Below are positions 1-11,895 of a stretch of 64,000 nt of DNA, one piece after another. This DNA is from Patellaria atrata CBS 101060. Lineage: Eukaryota. The stretch lies in contig MU006103.1 in the NCBI GenBank assembly GCA_010093705.1, forward strand, positions 124,001-188,000, written 5' to 3'. Within the stretch, counting starts at the first letter, position 1. Each line of letters opens with the position of its first letter. A program made the translations under genes and the position numbers. The notes below the pieces were generated by a model. The model had not been told where the DNA came from and did no database searches. It saw nothing but the letters and a program-made list of their open reading frames with translations.

Positions 1-756
1 CATGCACGCACCGCGGGCCGCGGTGCCGCTGTGTACGTTGGCGACAATCCCGAGGCAGCCCCAGCATTGTATCGAGTGGGCGCATATCATCAAATGGGAG
101 GAGGAGAGGAAGGATGTCACGCTCGACACTGACGATCCCGAACACATCACCTGGCTTTATCAGAAGGCGCTGTCGCGGGCGAAGGAGTTCAATATCGAAG
201 GTGTCACGTATAGCATGACGCAGGGGGTTGTCAAAAACATCATCCCGGCTATCGCGTCTACGAATGCGATTGTCGCGGCGAGTTGCTGCAATGAAGCGTT
301 TAAGATCGCTACGAATACGAATCCACCCCTAGGACTACCGGGTGGGAATAATTATATGATGTATAGTGGCGATGATAGTATATACACTTACACTTTCGAG
401 CACTTGAAGAAAGATGATTGCCCCGTCTGTGGGAACGTCGCTAAGAAGCTTGAAGTGAATGGGGACATGACATTGGAGTCGTTCCTGGAGAGCATGGCTG
501 AAAAACCAGAAGCGTGAGTTTACTTCCCGCCCGAAATGTGTAAGGTTTAATTGCTTATGAGCACAGACAACTCAAAAAGCCATCGATACGGTCGGAGGAG
601 AAGACGCTCTATTATCAATCACCACCTAGCTTGGAAGAGCAGACTCGTCCGAACCTGAAGAAGGAATTATCAGAGCTCCTAGAAAACGGTGAGGAGGTCG
701 TTGTGACGGACCCAGCATTTCAAATCAGCTTCAAGTTTAAGCTGTTATTCAAATAG
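1..756 (+). CDS. UBA3: NEDD8-activating enzyme E1 catalytic subunit (5'-partial)
   Basis: ORF 2..517 contains PLCTLATIPRQPQHCIEWAH (catalytic Cys) and VVKNIIPAIASTNA. Intron 514-566 (gtgagt...cag). Last exon 567-756 reads QLKKPSIRSEEKTLYYQSPPSLEEQTRPNL...FKLLFK*. Confidence 0.95.
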
Positions 757-949
757 GGGGCTTATGAATGACATATGATATCAAAGCATGCAAGTAAGGC
801 GTCGGGCATAGCACCGGGTTTTGAAAATTATGCCATAGCGAAAGTTGCATAGTTAGAATCTCAGTGGTAGGGGGTTTACCATTACGTGACATAAACGGAT
901 GGTATGGCATCAGAAAAGCGAATATGGAAACTTCGAACAACATCTCTGA

Positions 950-2644
950 TTAGTAATACCCTGGTGTACTATTATCATACTCGCGGCTCGTCCCCGGAAA
1001 TGCTCCAATCGGTGTCCCCCTACCCTCTTCATCCTCATCCGCACTGTCGGCTTCCTGGCTTTTGAATGTCTCCCCGCTGGGGTCAGGGGGAGCACGCATA
1101 CGCGTGATAATATCTGCGTCGAGTGAAGGAGGGTGGAAGATGGGTGGATTTTGATGGTATTCGCGACCCGTAGGCATCCTAGAGAGTAATGGTGCGATTG
1201 GAGGGATAGGAGAGGTAGAGATCTGGGAAATGTGTTAGTGCTGCTGTCAGAACATCTCACGTCAGAAGTTCCCTGGGTTCCATAATGTAGTTCCTCCTCA
1301 CGACCAACCACGTTAGACCCTGGTCAGATCTAGAACGAGATCTGCTGCGTTCGACAAATATTTGGACAATTTCCTCTTCGGGTGCATGAGTGGTCGAGGA
1401 AATACCGTGCCAAAATAATATACTGTAAAACAGACGGTATGGAAGGTTAAAATCACAAAACAAAATAAACTCACCATATCATTCTGTTTCACCCACTTCA
1501 CTTCCAACATCTCTACAACCCTCCCTTCCTCTGCCTTTCCCGCATCAATACCCCACTCCCCGCCCTTTTCAACCCTCTTATCTTCCCTCCGCTCTTGCCA
1601 TCCCTTCTTCAGCTTCGACAATCCACTCACTTTTCCCTCCTCTCCCTCTTTACCAACCATGATCCCCAGCTCCCCCTTTGCACCCCTCAACCACGCAATC
1701 CCCTCCGCCGTCGCCCCTCCAGCTTCCGCGTCAATGCCGAAAAACCTACAGGCCCTCGCTTTCGCAGTCCGCCGTAAGTCATCGACGTACTTGATCAACC
1801 CTTCGTCGACCCCTTTGACGCGTCCTAGCATTACCGCTGCCCGCGCTGCGTGTTCCGACGCTGCGATACAGAGTCTAGCAAACAGATGCGCGCGGACCTT
1901 CGGGATCGATGGTGCTTTGAACATCCAATCCTTGTTCTCCTTGTTTCTAGCATCAGCTACGACGGAGGGGTATGGATCATCTTTCAGAACGGCGATGAGT
2001 GTTGCTTCCGCTAGCGAGAGCGCCGCGAGTGCAGAATGCAGAGGAGGTGAGATATCTGGAGGTCCTGTGGCAGGAGGTGAGTGCGAATGCTGAGAGCGCG
2101 CAACGAGGTAAGCGTGCGCGGCATTCGCGTCGAGGAGATGCTTCATGGCGGCTGCGATGGCGGCGGTGCGCTGCTCTGGAGAGAGGAAGGCACTGGGGTT
2201 ATAGAGAGCATGGAGCTGAGAGCGGGCGAGTAAGATGTAGGTTTCAGCTAAAGTGGTAAGGACGAAGAAGATTTCGACTTCGAGGCTCCTGAGCTTGACG
2301 CGAGGAGGCTCGCGGCCTGGGATGGTGGAGGAGAGTGTGGTGCGCCATTCTACTATTAGCTCGTTCTGAAGGACAACATCGATCTCTTCGTTAGCAATAT
2401 TCTGTCCGCTAAGACCATTATCGAGAGCGAGGAGGTATGGTATGTATTCATTAAGAGCTGCGAGAATGGATGGGAGGTTAGAAGCTTGGGAGGATAGAGG
2501 TAGACGTTTATGCCGCTTTAGTGCATCACGCAAAACCCCCCGGCTGGTAGTTGCCGAAAGAGGGAGAGAGGGATGGGTGGAGCTGCTGAAGAAGTCCGAG
2601 AAGGATATATGAGAGGTTGTTGGTAGCGTAAATGGGTAGGGCAT
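950..2644 (-). CDS. palC: pH-response regulator PalC (BRO1-like domain)
   Basis: Starts MPYPFTLPTTS (ATG at 2644). Contains KDDPYP and EWMF-like DWMFKAPSIPKVRAHLFARLC motifs. Intron 1223-1474. Last exon reads ISTSPIPPIAPLLSRMPTGREYH...GYY*. Confidence 0.9.
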
Positions 2645-3192
2645 GATGTTATTGAGGTGTCGAAGAGGGGTTGTAGTGGGGTTTGGAGGTATCAGGTTGA
2701 GATTCTCTGGAACTGGATACTGTATTGGCAAACCTTGGCCTGAAGCTTTTGGAGTAATATATGATCATATGTAATTCACATAGCTGTGGTCGCAATCGTG
2801 TAGTTGAGTATATCATGATGCTGTCTTGTTCATAATGGGAGAAAGCTTAAGTGCAAGGCTGGATATACAAAATGGACAATGAATTACCTCAGTAATTGTC
2901 TCATACTCGCATATAGCAACAGACAGTGGAGGTAGGTACCATGAGTATGCGTTCCACCACGCACGTCAAGTTGTGGATTCCTGAATATTGGAAGCCATTG
3001 ACACTCAGCCGTTTGGCAGATATCTTGCTTGAAAGATGATACAGTACAACATAACCCTTCACGCCGCAATTTCCGGTATAAACATTAAGCTCTGCCGGGA
3101 ACCCAGAGCTAGTATTCTCGATCGTCAAGCTTCAGCTGCCCGAACCAGCCGTTCGCTGTCTTCTCCAATCCACGTGTCAAGACTCATTCGTA

Positions 3193-3673
3193 TTACTTCG
3201 AAATGTAATTTTGTTGCTCGAATAGGTATCCACGAATCTTCGACCCTTTCAGGAGTTCGAGGTATCGTTCTGTAACGATAAAGAGTTAGTCTCCAATAGA
3301 GCGGACGAAACGAACGATGGAGTGTCTAGAAGCCTGCAAGTTTCGCACTGTATGCATTACTGGATTCAGGCCAGTCCCGGGAACATAATCTTCTTTTCCA
3401 AAATCAAATATACAAAGATCGCGAATTCCAAAGAACTGGAAACATACCCCTCAAATGACCACACTTCTCCAAGTGATTTACTCCGTTTTCCCAGTAGCAC
3501 TTTCCCATCTCTTCTCTAACCAATCGTGCCATCATACTCCTAACCCATTGCTCTTTGATAACAGCATCTTGTGCAGCTTTCAATGCTCGATTGTCATCGT
3601 AGTCGACTCCGTCGAAGGTGGGTGGTACTTTCGGCTTCTTCTCTAGGAAGGACTTTGATTCGGGAGTCGGCAT
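3193..3673 (-). CDS. NDUFB10: NADH:ubiquinone oxidoreductase 12 kDa subunit (NDUFB10/PDSW family)
   Basis: MPTPES...EQWVRSMMARLVREEMGKCYWENGVNHLEKCGHLR. Intron 3270-3447 (gtatgt...ctaac...cag). Exon 2 reads ERYLELLKGSKIRGYLFEQQNYISK*. Confidence 0.9.
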
Positions 3674-4409
3674 TGTGAACCGGGTACGGTGGGATGGAGC
3701 ACGATAGGTGAGTTCAAGAGACGGTATGCAGCTCCGGAGTGACTGGAGGGGTTGGTGAGTTATGATCTACGGCGTAAAAACAGAGTGGTAGTAAACCGTG
3801 TTGACCTTGGAGTGGTGAGGTTGAAGTTTGGGCTCATATAGAGCTCCGTATCTCGCTAGCTGCGACTACAGGATATTGGATACGGAGCATGCCGCCTAGT
3901 TATACTCCGTCCCTTGCCATCCCCAATTACATTCCCGCATTACCATTTATGTTTCCCTGGTCCCTCGAATGGCGAGATGCTGAACTCAGGTTCAGAATTC
4001 ATAATCACTCAGTATGTCTATTCGAACTGATGAGAACCATGAGTACTGATAGAACTAGCCTAAGTATCTCTGTGCCCTTCCCTATAACCATCACTAGTCT
4101 GGAGAGTGTTTTATGAGTATCACAACTGTCGAGATTAGACTTACAGTATCCGCTCACTTCCTAGTCCCATACATCAACATACGATCGCATCTCCAGCTAT
4201 GACAACGGTATCACGCGCTTCGATTCAATCCACGCTCGGAACCCGGGCGGGGAAGCGATATCAGCATCTACCCAACATGGCCTCAAACCCCGGGGAACTA
4301 ATCTTTCCCCATTCACCCTCAGCATCCCCCTAACCGTCTAAAGGTCCATACCCAAGTTCTCAGAAACAATACACAAAGCTACATACAATCAACGACCCCC
4401 TCCTCTAGA

Positions 4410-5340
4410 ATGCCAGCCTGACAACCCTCAGCAGCCGACCCAACCCTCCCCCTCCCCCGCCTCCTCTGCCTCCACGGCGGCGGTATAAACGAAGAGATCT
4501 TCCACCTCCAACTCCGCGCCCTTCTCCCCCACCTGAGACCTCACTTCCGGCTCTGCTTCGCCCCGAGGCCCTTCCTCTGTTCGCCGGGCCCGGGCATCAT
4601 TCCCGTCTACGCCTCTCACGGTCCCTTCCGCCGCTGGCTGCGCTGGATGCCCTCGCACCCGCCCATCGACCCCCCCCCCCCCCCGTCGACGAGATCTACT
4701 ACAACCTCTGTGCAACGATGGCGCAGGACGCGGAGACGGGGCCGTGGGTCGGGGTGCTAGGGTTCAGCCAGGGGGCGAAAGTAGCGGCCTCTTTGCTGTG
4801 GGAGGGGCAGAGGCTTGGGATGGCGAAACCAGCACAGGAGACGCGGGACGAAGACGGACTGGGGGACAATGAGGGAACGGGGTCAGGGGTTGACGAATCA
4901 GGACCTGTAACATACATCAACACCACCTCCGTCCTCCCCATCCCGACCCTACCCACGCGCACACCCTTCCGCTTCGCCGCCCTCTTCGCTGGCCGGGCCC
5001 CGCTTGTTTCCCTTCCTTCCGCGCCCTCGACCCCCTCACCACCCCATCCCTCCATCCACCTCGCCTCCGCCCTCCCAGGCGCAAACACCCCATCAAACCC
5101 CTCCCCATCAGACCCCCTGCCAGAAGACATCCGCCTTGCCCTCCCGACGCTCCACATACACGGCCTTTGAGAGACGAGGGACTGGAGCTGCATCGCAGGC
5201 TGGTGAACGATTTCTGTAAAAAGGGAAGTGCGACGGTCGTGGAATAGGAGGGGGGGTATCGAGTCCCGCTTAAAGCGGAGGATGTGGGAAGGGTCGTTGA
5301 GGGGGATTTTGGAGGTTTCTGGCAGGGCAGGGGTTGTCGT
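4410..5340 (+). pseudogene. FSH1/CtnB-like serine hydrolase pseudogene
   Basis: Reconstructed protein: MPA*QPSAADPTLPLPRLLCLHGGG...GPFRRWLRW...GVLGFSQGAKVAASLL...LPTLHIHG/LRDEGLELHRRL...VE*EGGYRVPLK. Lesions: stop codons at 4419 and 5245, frameshifts near 4670-4684, 5165 and 5305. The 3' end is approximate. Confidence 0.8.
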
Positions 5341-5714
5341 GGGGTGGAGATTCGGGGGGAGGGGGGTTGTAGAATCAGGGGATCCGAGGTAGATTGCGTT
5401 TTGCAGTGTTCAGCATTAAGAGCCTAATGTAGAGTCTTAATCCAAACGATCACGACCACCCTTCTCCGCAGTGGCGGGAATACCAGATATAGAAACTAGA
5501 AGGTAAGTAATTACTTTTTCCAATCGAAGGATAGAAATAAACCCAAAGCCCGACCGTAACCCAGAAAGTGCACCCGAATGCCAAATCCCGTACAACTATC
5601 TTACAAACCCCATATCATCCCTCACTCCCTCACCCTACCGTAGGCGCCTAGCCTAGCACTAACCATCGCAGAGTAAACCCGTCATCATCCCAAACCCAGC
5701 ACGATCTTCAGAAA

Positions 5715-8622
5715 TCAAACATCCCTAACAACCCTCCCCTCCCTATCAACCTCGACCCACCCCCCACCAGGCCTCGGCGTCCCATCCCTATCAAGGGGTC
5801 TCCACCTCTCCCTTTCCCGCTCAACCGGTCTTCCCCTCTCCCTCTCCCACCTCAAGCGTCTCTCATACTCATACTCCCACTCGCGATCCCTCTCCACATC
5901 CCTCTGCCATTCCGGCGTCCTTCCCACCGCAGAGTTCGGCTGCACGCTCACCACCGCTGGAGGCCTAGTGGCAAGCACCCCGCCCGCATTCCCCGCGGAT
6001 ACCGTAGGCTGGCCGGAAGGAGGAGGATGAGCGGTCCCGGACGTAGGAGGCGCACTGGCTCTACCCCCCTTGCCGCCGCTGGCGCTGCGGGACGGATTCA
6101 GCTTCCGCGTCTCGGCGATGTCGAGGTATTTTGCCGTCTTGCCTTGTTCGTCTGTGCCGTGGACTTGGCGCACGTCTACGTATGTGGAGGGGTTGAGGCT
6201 ATCGTGGCTGGCTGTGTCCGAGACCCAATCGTGGGTCCACCAGGATGTCTTGCCTAGGTTTGGGTTTGGGTTTGGAAGGGTGGTTGTGTTGGTGGGCGGG
6301 TTGGGGGTGGTGTGGATGTTATCGGCGGAGTCGAGGGGTGGAGGAAGACCTGGACGAGTGCTGTTGGTGGGAGGTGGTGGACCGGGACCTGGTGGAGGAG
6401 GGGGAGGACCGGGACCTAGTGGAGGAGGTGGAGGCGGATCAATATGCGGGGCGGTTTCAGTCTGTTTGGTCGCGGTAGTTTGGATGGTCTGAGTGGACCA
6501 GTGAGTTCCATCGCTACCAGGAGATTTGGAAGCTCCTTCCGTTTGTGTTTTTGTGGACCAGTGGGTTCCGTCACTTCCAGCAGCTTTTGGAGTTCCTACG
6601 GGAATCTGGTTCGCAGGAAAGTCAGGGTGGTTCCGAGGATATCGGGTTTTGTCTGAGTAGTCACTTACAGATTCAACTGTAGGCGCCGGGGGATGACGAG
6701 AACTTGTCTCGTGATTGAAGTAAGAGGCAGGAGGGGGGATTGGTGCACTCGGATTAGTAGTAGGGGCACCGCTAGGGAGGGGGTAGGTTTGTGATCTATG
6801 GACGACTGGCGGTGGCTTCGAACTATTTCCACTGGATATAGCACTAATGTGGAAATCGCTGAGACGTTCTGGTAAATCAAGGTGTTCGTAAGGAACCGGT
6901 GCAACAGGAGGAATCTCATGGGTAGATTGAGGGGTTCTAGGTTCGACGTGACGACAGATTTCATCGACTAAAACAGTATTACATCAGTACTTGTGGTTCT
7001 CACGGGAGTTGTCATTGTTCCAAAATCTGTCTGTACATACCTTGCATATAATCATCCCCACTCCCTTGTCCATCAACGTGCGTCCTATATCGCTGCCTTC
7101 GCAATGGTGCCACATCATCTTGCCCGTCCGAGATCGAGTTACGGCGCCTTGTGAAAGTCCCATGTGCAAAACGAACCTGTGAAGCGCCACTAGGGGCAGA
7201 AGCGGGCTCATCATTCCTCGGTGGTAGTTGCCGATGTTCCGTTGATGTACTACGATGTCCACTAGTGGATCTCAATATACTACGGAGCGGTGATGCTTCC
7301 CGATACCGGACGCGGTAACGAGGTGGTGATTCCGAGGGTCGCACGAAGATACGCTGGGGTTCAGCCGTCGCCTTATAAGATTGTGTACGGGGTGACTCGG
7401 GCGGGAAGTAACTTGTCACTGCTGAGGACTGTCTTCGTGGTGGGGAAGGCCTCCGTGGAGAACGTCCACGTGGGTTCGAAGGTGGTCGACTATGCAGCTG
7501 ATCATCATGTGGAACGACCTTGAAAGGCTCCGGATGTGACAGTATACGTCGCTCCGCATGCCGATAACGCTCAGCTGATTGAAGACGTACCTCACTCTTA
7601 CGCCTCTCTTGAGATACTGCGGAAGATAATGTATGGCCTAGAAGCGGTGCTTCTGATTTAGTAGGCTCATCAGGCTTCTCCCTCATATTAACTTCGTCCA
7701 AAGTCAAGGTCCTTGGGCGTTTCTCATCTGACATTGTCCGTTTGATGTGGATGACCTCAATTGGAGGAGTTCCAGGATACCTCCTATCGTGGATTGAGAA
7801 ACCTCTTCCCCTCTCATCCATGATCTGAACGCTTTCTTCTTCAATTGCTGGTTTCTCTTTCTCCTTAATTTTCTCACTCTCGCTCCTGTGCTCCCCAGTG
7901 CATCTACGGCACACTCCTGGAGGCGGAATTTGTCCGGGAATTAACGGATGTTCACGGTGGAAACGCTTTGATCGCAACTGATGACACTCGCTACAATGGT
8001 GAAAGCTGCCGTATGGCATTTGAGGCGTCGGTGGAGCTGATACAACCGCGGGAGGTGGACATTGTGCTGCGGAAGGGACTGGAGTCATAGGTGCTTGCGC
8101 ATGTATAACCTGATGTTGTTGGACAGAAACCATGAATTGGGGCGCTGGCGGCGGATGTGCGGGTGGATGTGGGCTTGACCACCCGTGAAAAGAAGGATTT
8201 TGGTGTATACTTGGCGGTGGACGCGAAAGTGGGAATGGATTTGGAGGATGTGGCCATTGTCCAGACCACCCAGCAGGAAAAGGAGAGAATTGGGATGGAT
8301 TCGGATAGCCTTGCGACATGGTACCATATTCGCTAGATGGGGGAGATGGCTTTGAAGAGGGATCACCCAAAGGCGGTCGGGGTACCATGGCGCTATGATG
8401 ATGAGTCACCGTGATCCTCGGAGTAGATTGTTAATGCAACTTACCTTGAGTGCGACGGAGCATGAGTAGGTGGAGAGCTGGGTGGAAATGTCAATCTCTG
8501 GGTTGGGGGATCTGGTACTGCTGGAAGTGGAGAAGGGGGCCTTTTCCCAATGTTAGCAGAGTGTGGGTGCAACAATTTGGCTGATATGTTAAAAGGACTT
8601 GCCTAGGATTGTTCGGAGACAT
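5715..8622 (-). CDS. Large Pro/Ser-rich hypothetical protein (~900 aa) with a CxxC...CxxC motif
   Basis: Four exons (8622-8603, 8540-8445, 8392-7041, 6967-5715) join in frame across introns 8541-8602 (GC-AG), 8393-8444 and 6968-7040. I read the frame 6967-5715 as stop-free. The two short 5' exons are less certain. Confidence 0.75.
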
Positions 8623-9402
8623 GACAGGATAGTAATGTTTATGAAAATGGTTGTGGTCCGGCATCTTGACAAAGCCTATGCAAGTGTATTGATGGACGAA
8701 TTGAAGTCAAACGAATGGCTGGCAATGTCAATAGCCCTGAAGATGCAGAAGAAACACAAGTTAAAAGTGTTTTATTAGGTTGAGGTGAGAATTGGGGGAG
8801 AGGTTGGAGCGTGGGAGAAGAAGTAAGCGGAGAGAGGAAAGAGTGATGGAGTGTGAGGTCAGAGACAAGAATGGATCATGCGACCTCCAAGCGTGAGACT
8901 CGAAACAGCTCCGTCTTTTTGGATAGTGGAAGCGCGTTATGAGTGGAGAGGTTAATTAAAGGACAGGAAGAAAAGAGAAATAAAGTATTAGGATTGAGAG
9001 ATAACGAAATCAGTCGTCGGTTAGGAAGGGTATGCAGTCAGAAGAGACCATATATCAGACGGAAAGAAATCTACGAATACTATTTCCCGACTAAGGGCTA
9101 CCTTTCCGAGGTCGGTAACCCTAATTGGTATATCATGTGAGGAGTATTAATATCACAAAGAGTCTAGTGAGGCTTTATTGATCAAGTAGGATAACATACC
9201 GGTCTGGTCCGGACCTTGATAAACAACATCTACCATAAAATAGGCACTTTGTCTAAGATCCACCTTTCGGAAACCAGCACCGAACAGCATCTTTCCCAAG
9301 TACTCATTGCGGTACTGTTTTCTCTACTTTTGATCCCAATACGCCAGAAAATGCTTGCCAGATACTTGTACATGTCAAAATACAATGTCTAGCATACGCC
9401 AA

Positions 9403-11895
9403 TCACTCCACTCTCAAGACTCGTGGGCCTTTTCGTTTTGTAGTTTTCTTCTTTTTGTTGCCTTTGTCAAAGGCAACGGCACTTGCATGATCTCGTCCAA
9501 CATTATCGAGATCTTTTACTTTGTAAATTCTAATAATCCAGTTCTCACTGGTGAAGGCCTCCTCGACGTGAGTGAGTTGAGGTCCCTCAGCTGGTAGACG
9601 CGATCCTCTGACTCGATCTGTCGCTTGACCAGCTGGGAATAAGGTATTGAAGTTGTAATATGATAGCTTATACCTGTGAATTTGTTAGCACCTCATAGTC
9701 TGGGAATATCATCGTGCACATACATTAAGCTGTTTCTCATCGTCGGTGTCGCCTGGTCATCAACACGATACTCTCCCCTAGGGGTAAAGAAATCACGCTC
9801 CTTAACCTCGTCGGGCCAGATACCTTCCGCAATCCTTACCATCCAGAGGAATTTGTTGATGTCGTCACCGGAGTACCCAAGAAGACCTCCAAATACCACA
9901 AGCACGTAATCCACTTCATGTTGACGCATGATGGGGTAGCTGACTTCTTCTCGCGAGCTCATTGCTTTTCCAACAGTGGCGATGTGGGTATTATTCCATG
10001 TATTGTTATCAACCAATGTTGGTCGATCGGCCATACCACCAATTTGATACCCATAGTCCCACCATGACATTATCTTGGCGTTATCTGGGGTATTCTGTCG
10101 GAGCCAATAATACGCTTCTCTGTAATCATCAATGATATGTTGACTTCCGTCCGGCATTCGGCTAGCAAGGACAACTGAAGGAGACGAATATGCATTGGAA
10201 GTAACCCACGTGCAATGCGCAACGAAAATCAAAAGGTACATCGTAGCAGAGCCAACGACGGTGAGCTTAGAGATATACGAGTAGATACCGACGAGTGGAG
10301 AGCGCGTAGATCTCAACGCATCTGGAATGAGCATAGTAGCGGCTGTCTTCGCGGTATCGGCACTACCGTTGGACTGTGCAGGAAGTGCGGGAGCCTCGAG
10401 AACCAGATAAGTATCCAATATTTGGGATAAAGCCATTGCCGCAGCAACACAGACGACAGGTGTCAAAGTCAACATCAACCGAACCATGACACCAGCAAAG
10501 TAACTTGCTAGTACGGCGTATATGATGATGAAGACTTGCTCGTCCTTCAATGTTCGGAAGCACATATAGACACCAGCCGGGAACAACCAAATCAACATGT
10601 TCAGATCAAAGAAGAATGCGGGCCATGCTGTAGGTTGATGCTCAGAAACCGACGCAATAATCGGAATGTGGATCTTAGCATATCCGGTATCCCATAACGA
10701 GTAGAACCGGCCTGTCCAAGGGGCAATGACTCCGCTGACCGTCAGCAGAACGAGGCCTCCAAAAGAGACGGCGAAAATCAGTAGTACAAGTGCCCTTAAC
10801 AGAGTTTGGAATTGTTTACTAGGAAGTTGCGTGCGAACATATTCGACAAAGGCAACAATTTGAAGCAGACCAAAGACCCCTGATAAAAAAATTAGCGCCG
10901 CTCTTTAAGAAAAGTACGATGTGAAGTAGTTACCTAAGGAGGCCATATGTTCGCTACTGCGGATAGGTAAGAACCCCACGAATGGAATCTGCATACTCGC
11001 AAGGGTACCGAGAGCGTACCAGGTGGTATAGCTCACGTAAAGTCTCGGGCTATATCGTCCCATGCAAATGAGAACAAAAGCATGGAGTGGGAGCAGATTT
11101 GTGATGAAGACGTATCCACCCCACGCTGACACCATGTATCCGTAGAACAACGCAGTCAATGCACCCCATAGTGCAGATCCATTCTTCAGCGACTTGATCC
11201 ACAAGTAAAAGGTAAAGACCAGTAGAAAAATCGCAATCGCTTCGTTATCATAACTGCCTGCGACTGATCGAGAAATATAACCGGGCGCAATTCCCATGAA
11301 AATAGCAGCGAGGAGGCCAGCAGAAGGTGAATCAGACATCTCGGACGTGAAGAGATATGCGGCTACTGCGGTGAGGCCTGAAAAGGCCGGAGCAAGGAGA
11401 ACGCAAATGTTTCGAATATCAACGGGGAGAGAAAGGAAGCGTAGAAGGTGGTAGATAATACCGCTCGTCACCATGAGGCCCGGATAGAGGGTACCTCCAG
11501 TGACACGTCCAAGAGGATGCCATGTTCCTAAAGGTAGGATTGCAATTAGCACAGCTCTATGATGAATTCCCTCCTAGTATCTTGTCTTAGGTTTGTAGCA
11601 CTCACTATCATCGAACCAATCCCAAAAGCTGTAGAAACCGTTTTGAACGAGGTACTTTGTTGCTCTAAAGTTGAACCAAGGATCGACTACAATATAATTA
11701 GCTCTCTAAGAAGATTTATAGCAATTGGACAGACGTACACTCGTGAATGATACTCTCGAATCTGATAACGCTAAATAATCGACTTGAGACGGCCGCGGCA
11801 GCAATTGTACACAAAATGATAACTCGCAACAACCCCCGGGTATTGCGACCAGTAGCTCCCTTAAGAAGCTGATCGCCCACAGCGTCTACTGCCAT
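9403..11895 (-). CDS. STT3: Oligosaccharyltransferase catalytic subunit STT3
   Basis: [33 protein letters not shown] and [12 protein letters not shown] motifs. Introns 11687-11738, 11528-11605, 10880-10933 and 9674-9723. Ends KGPRVLRVE*. Confidence 0.97.

Noticed and set aside
1223..1474. Stwintron or TPP riboswitch interpretation of the palC intron
   Set aside because: Two-step [D1,2] splicing would shift the frame, whereas direct splicing gives the expected PalC C-terminus. The TPP aptamer core motifs are not recognisable.
3270..3447. 178-nt intron in the complex I subunit gene as a snoRNA host
   Set aside because: I saw no terminal C/D boxes or clear H/ACA hairpin pair. An Rfam scan would be needed.
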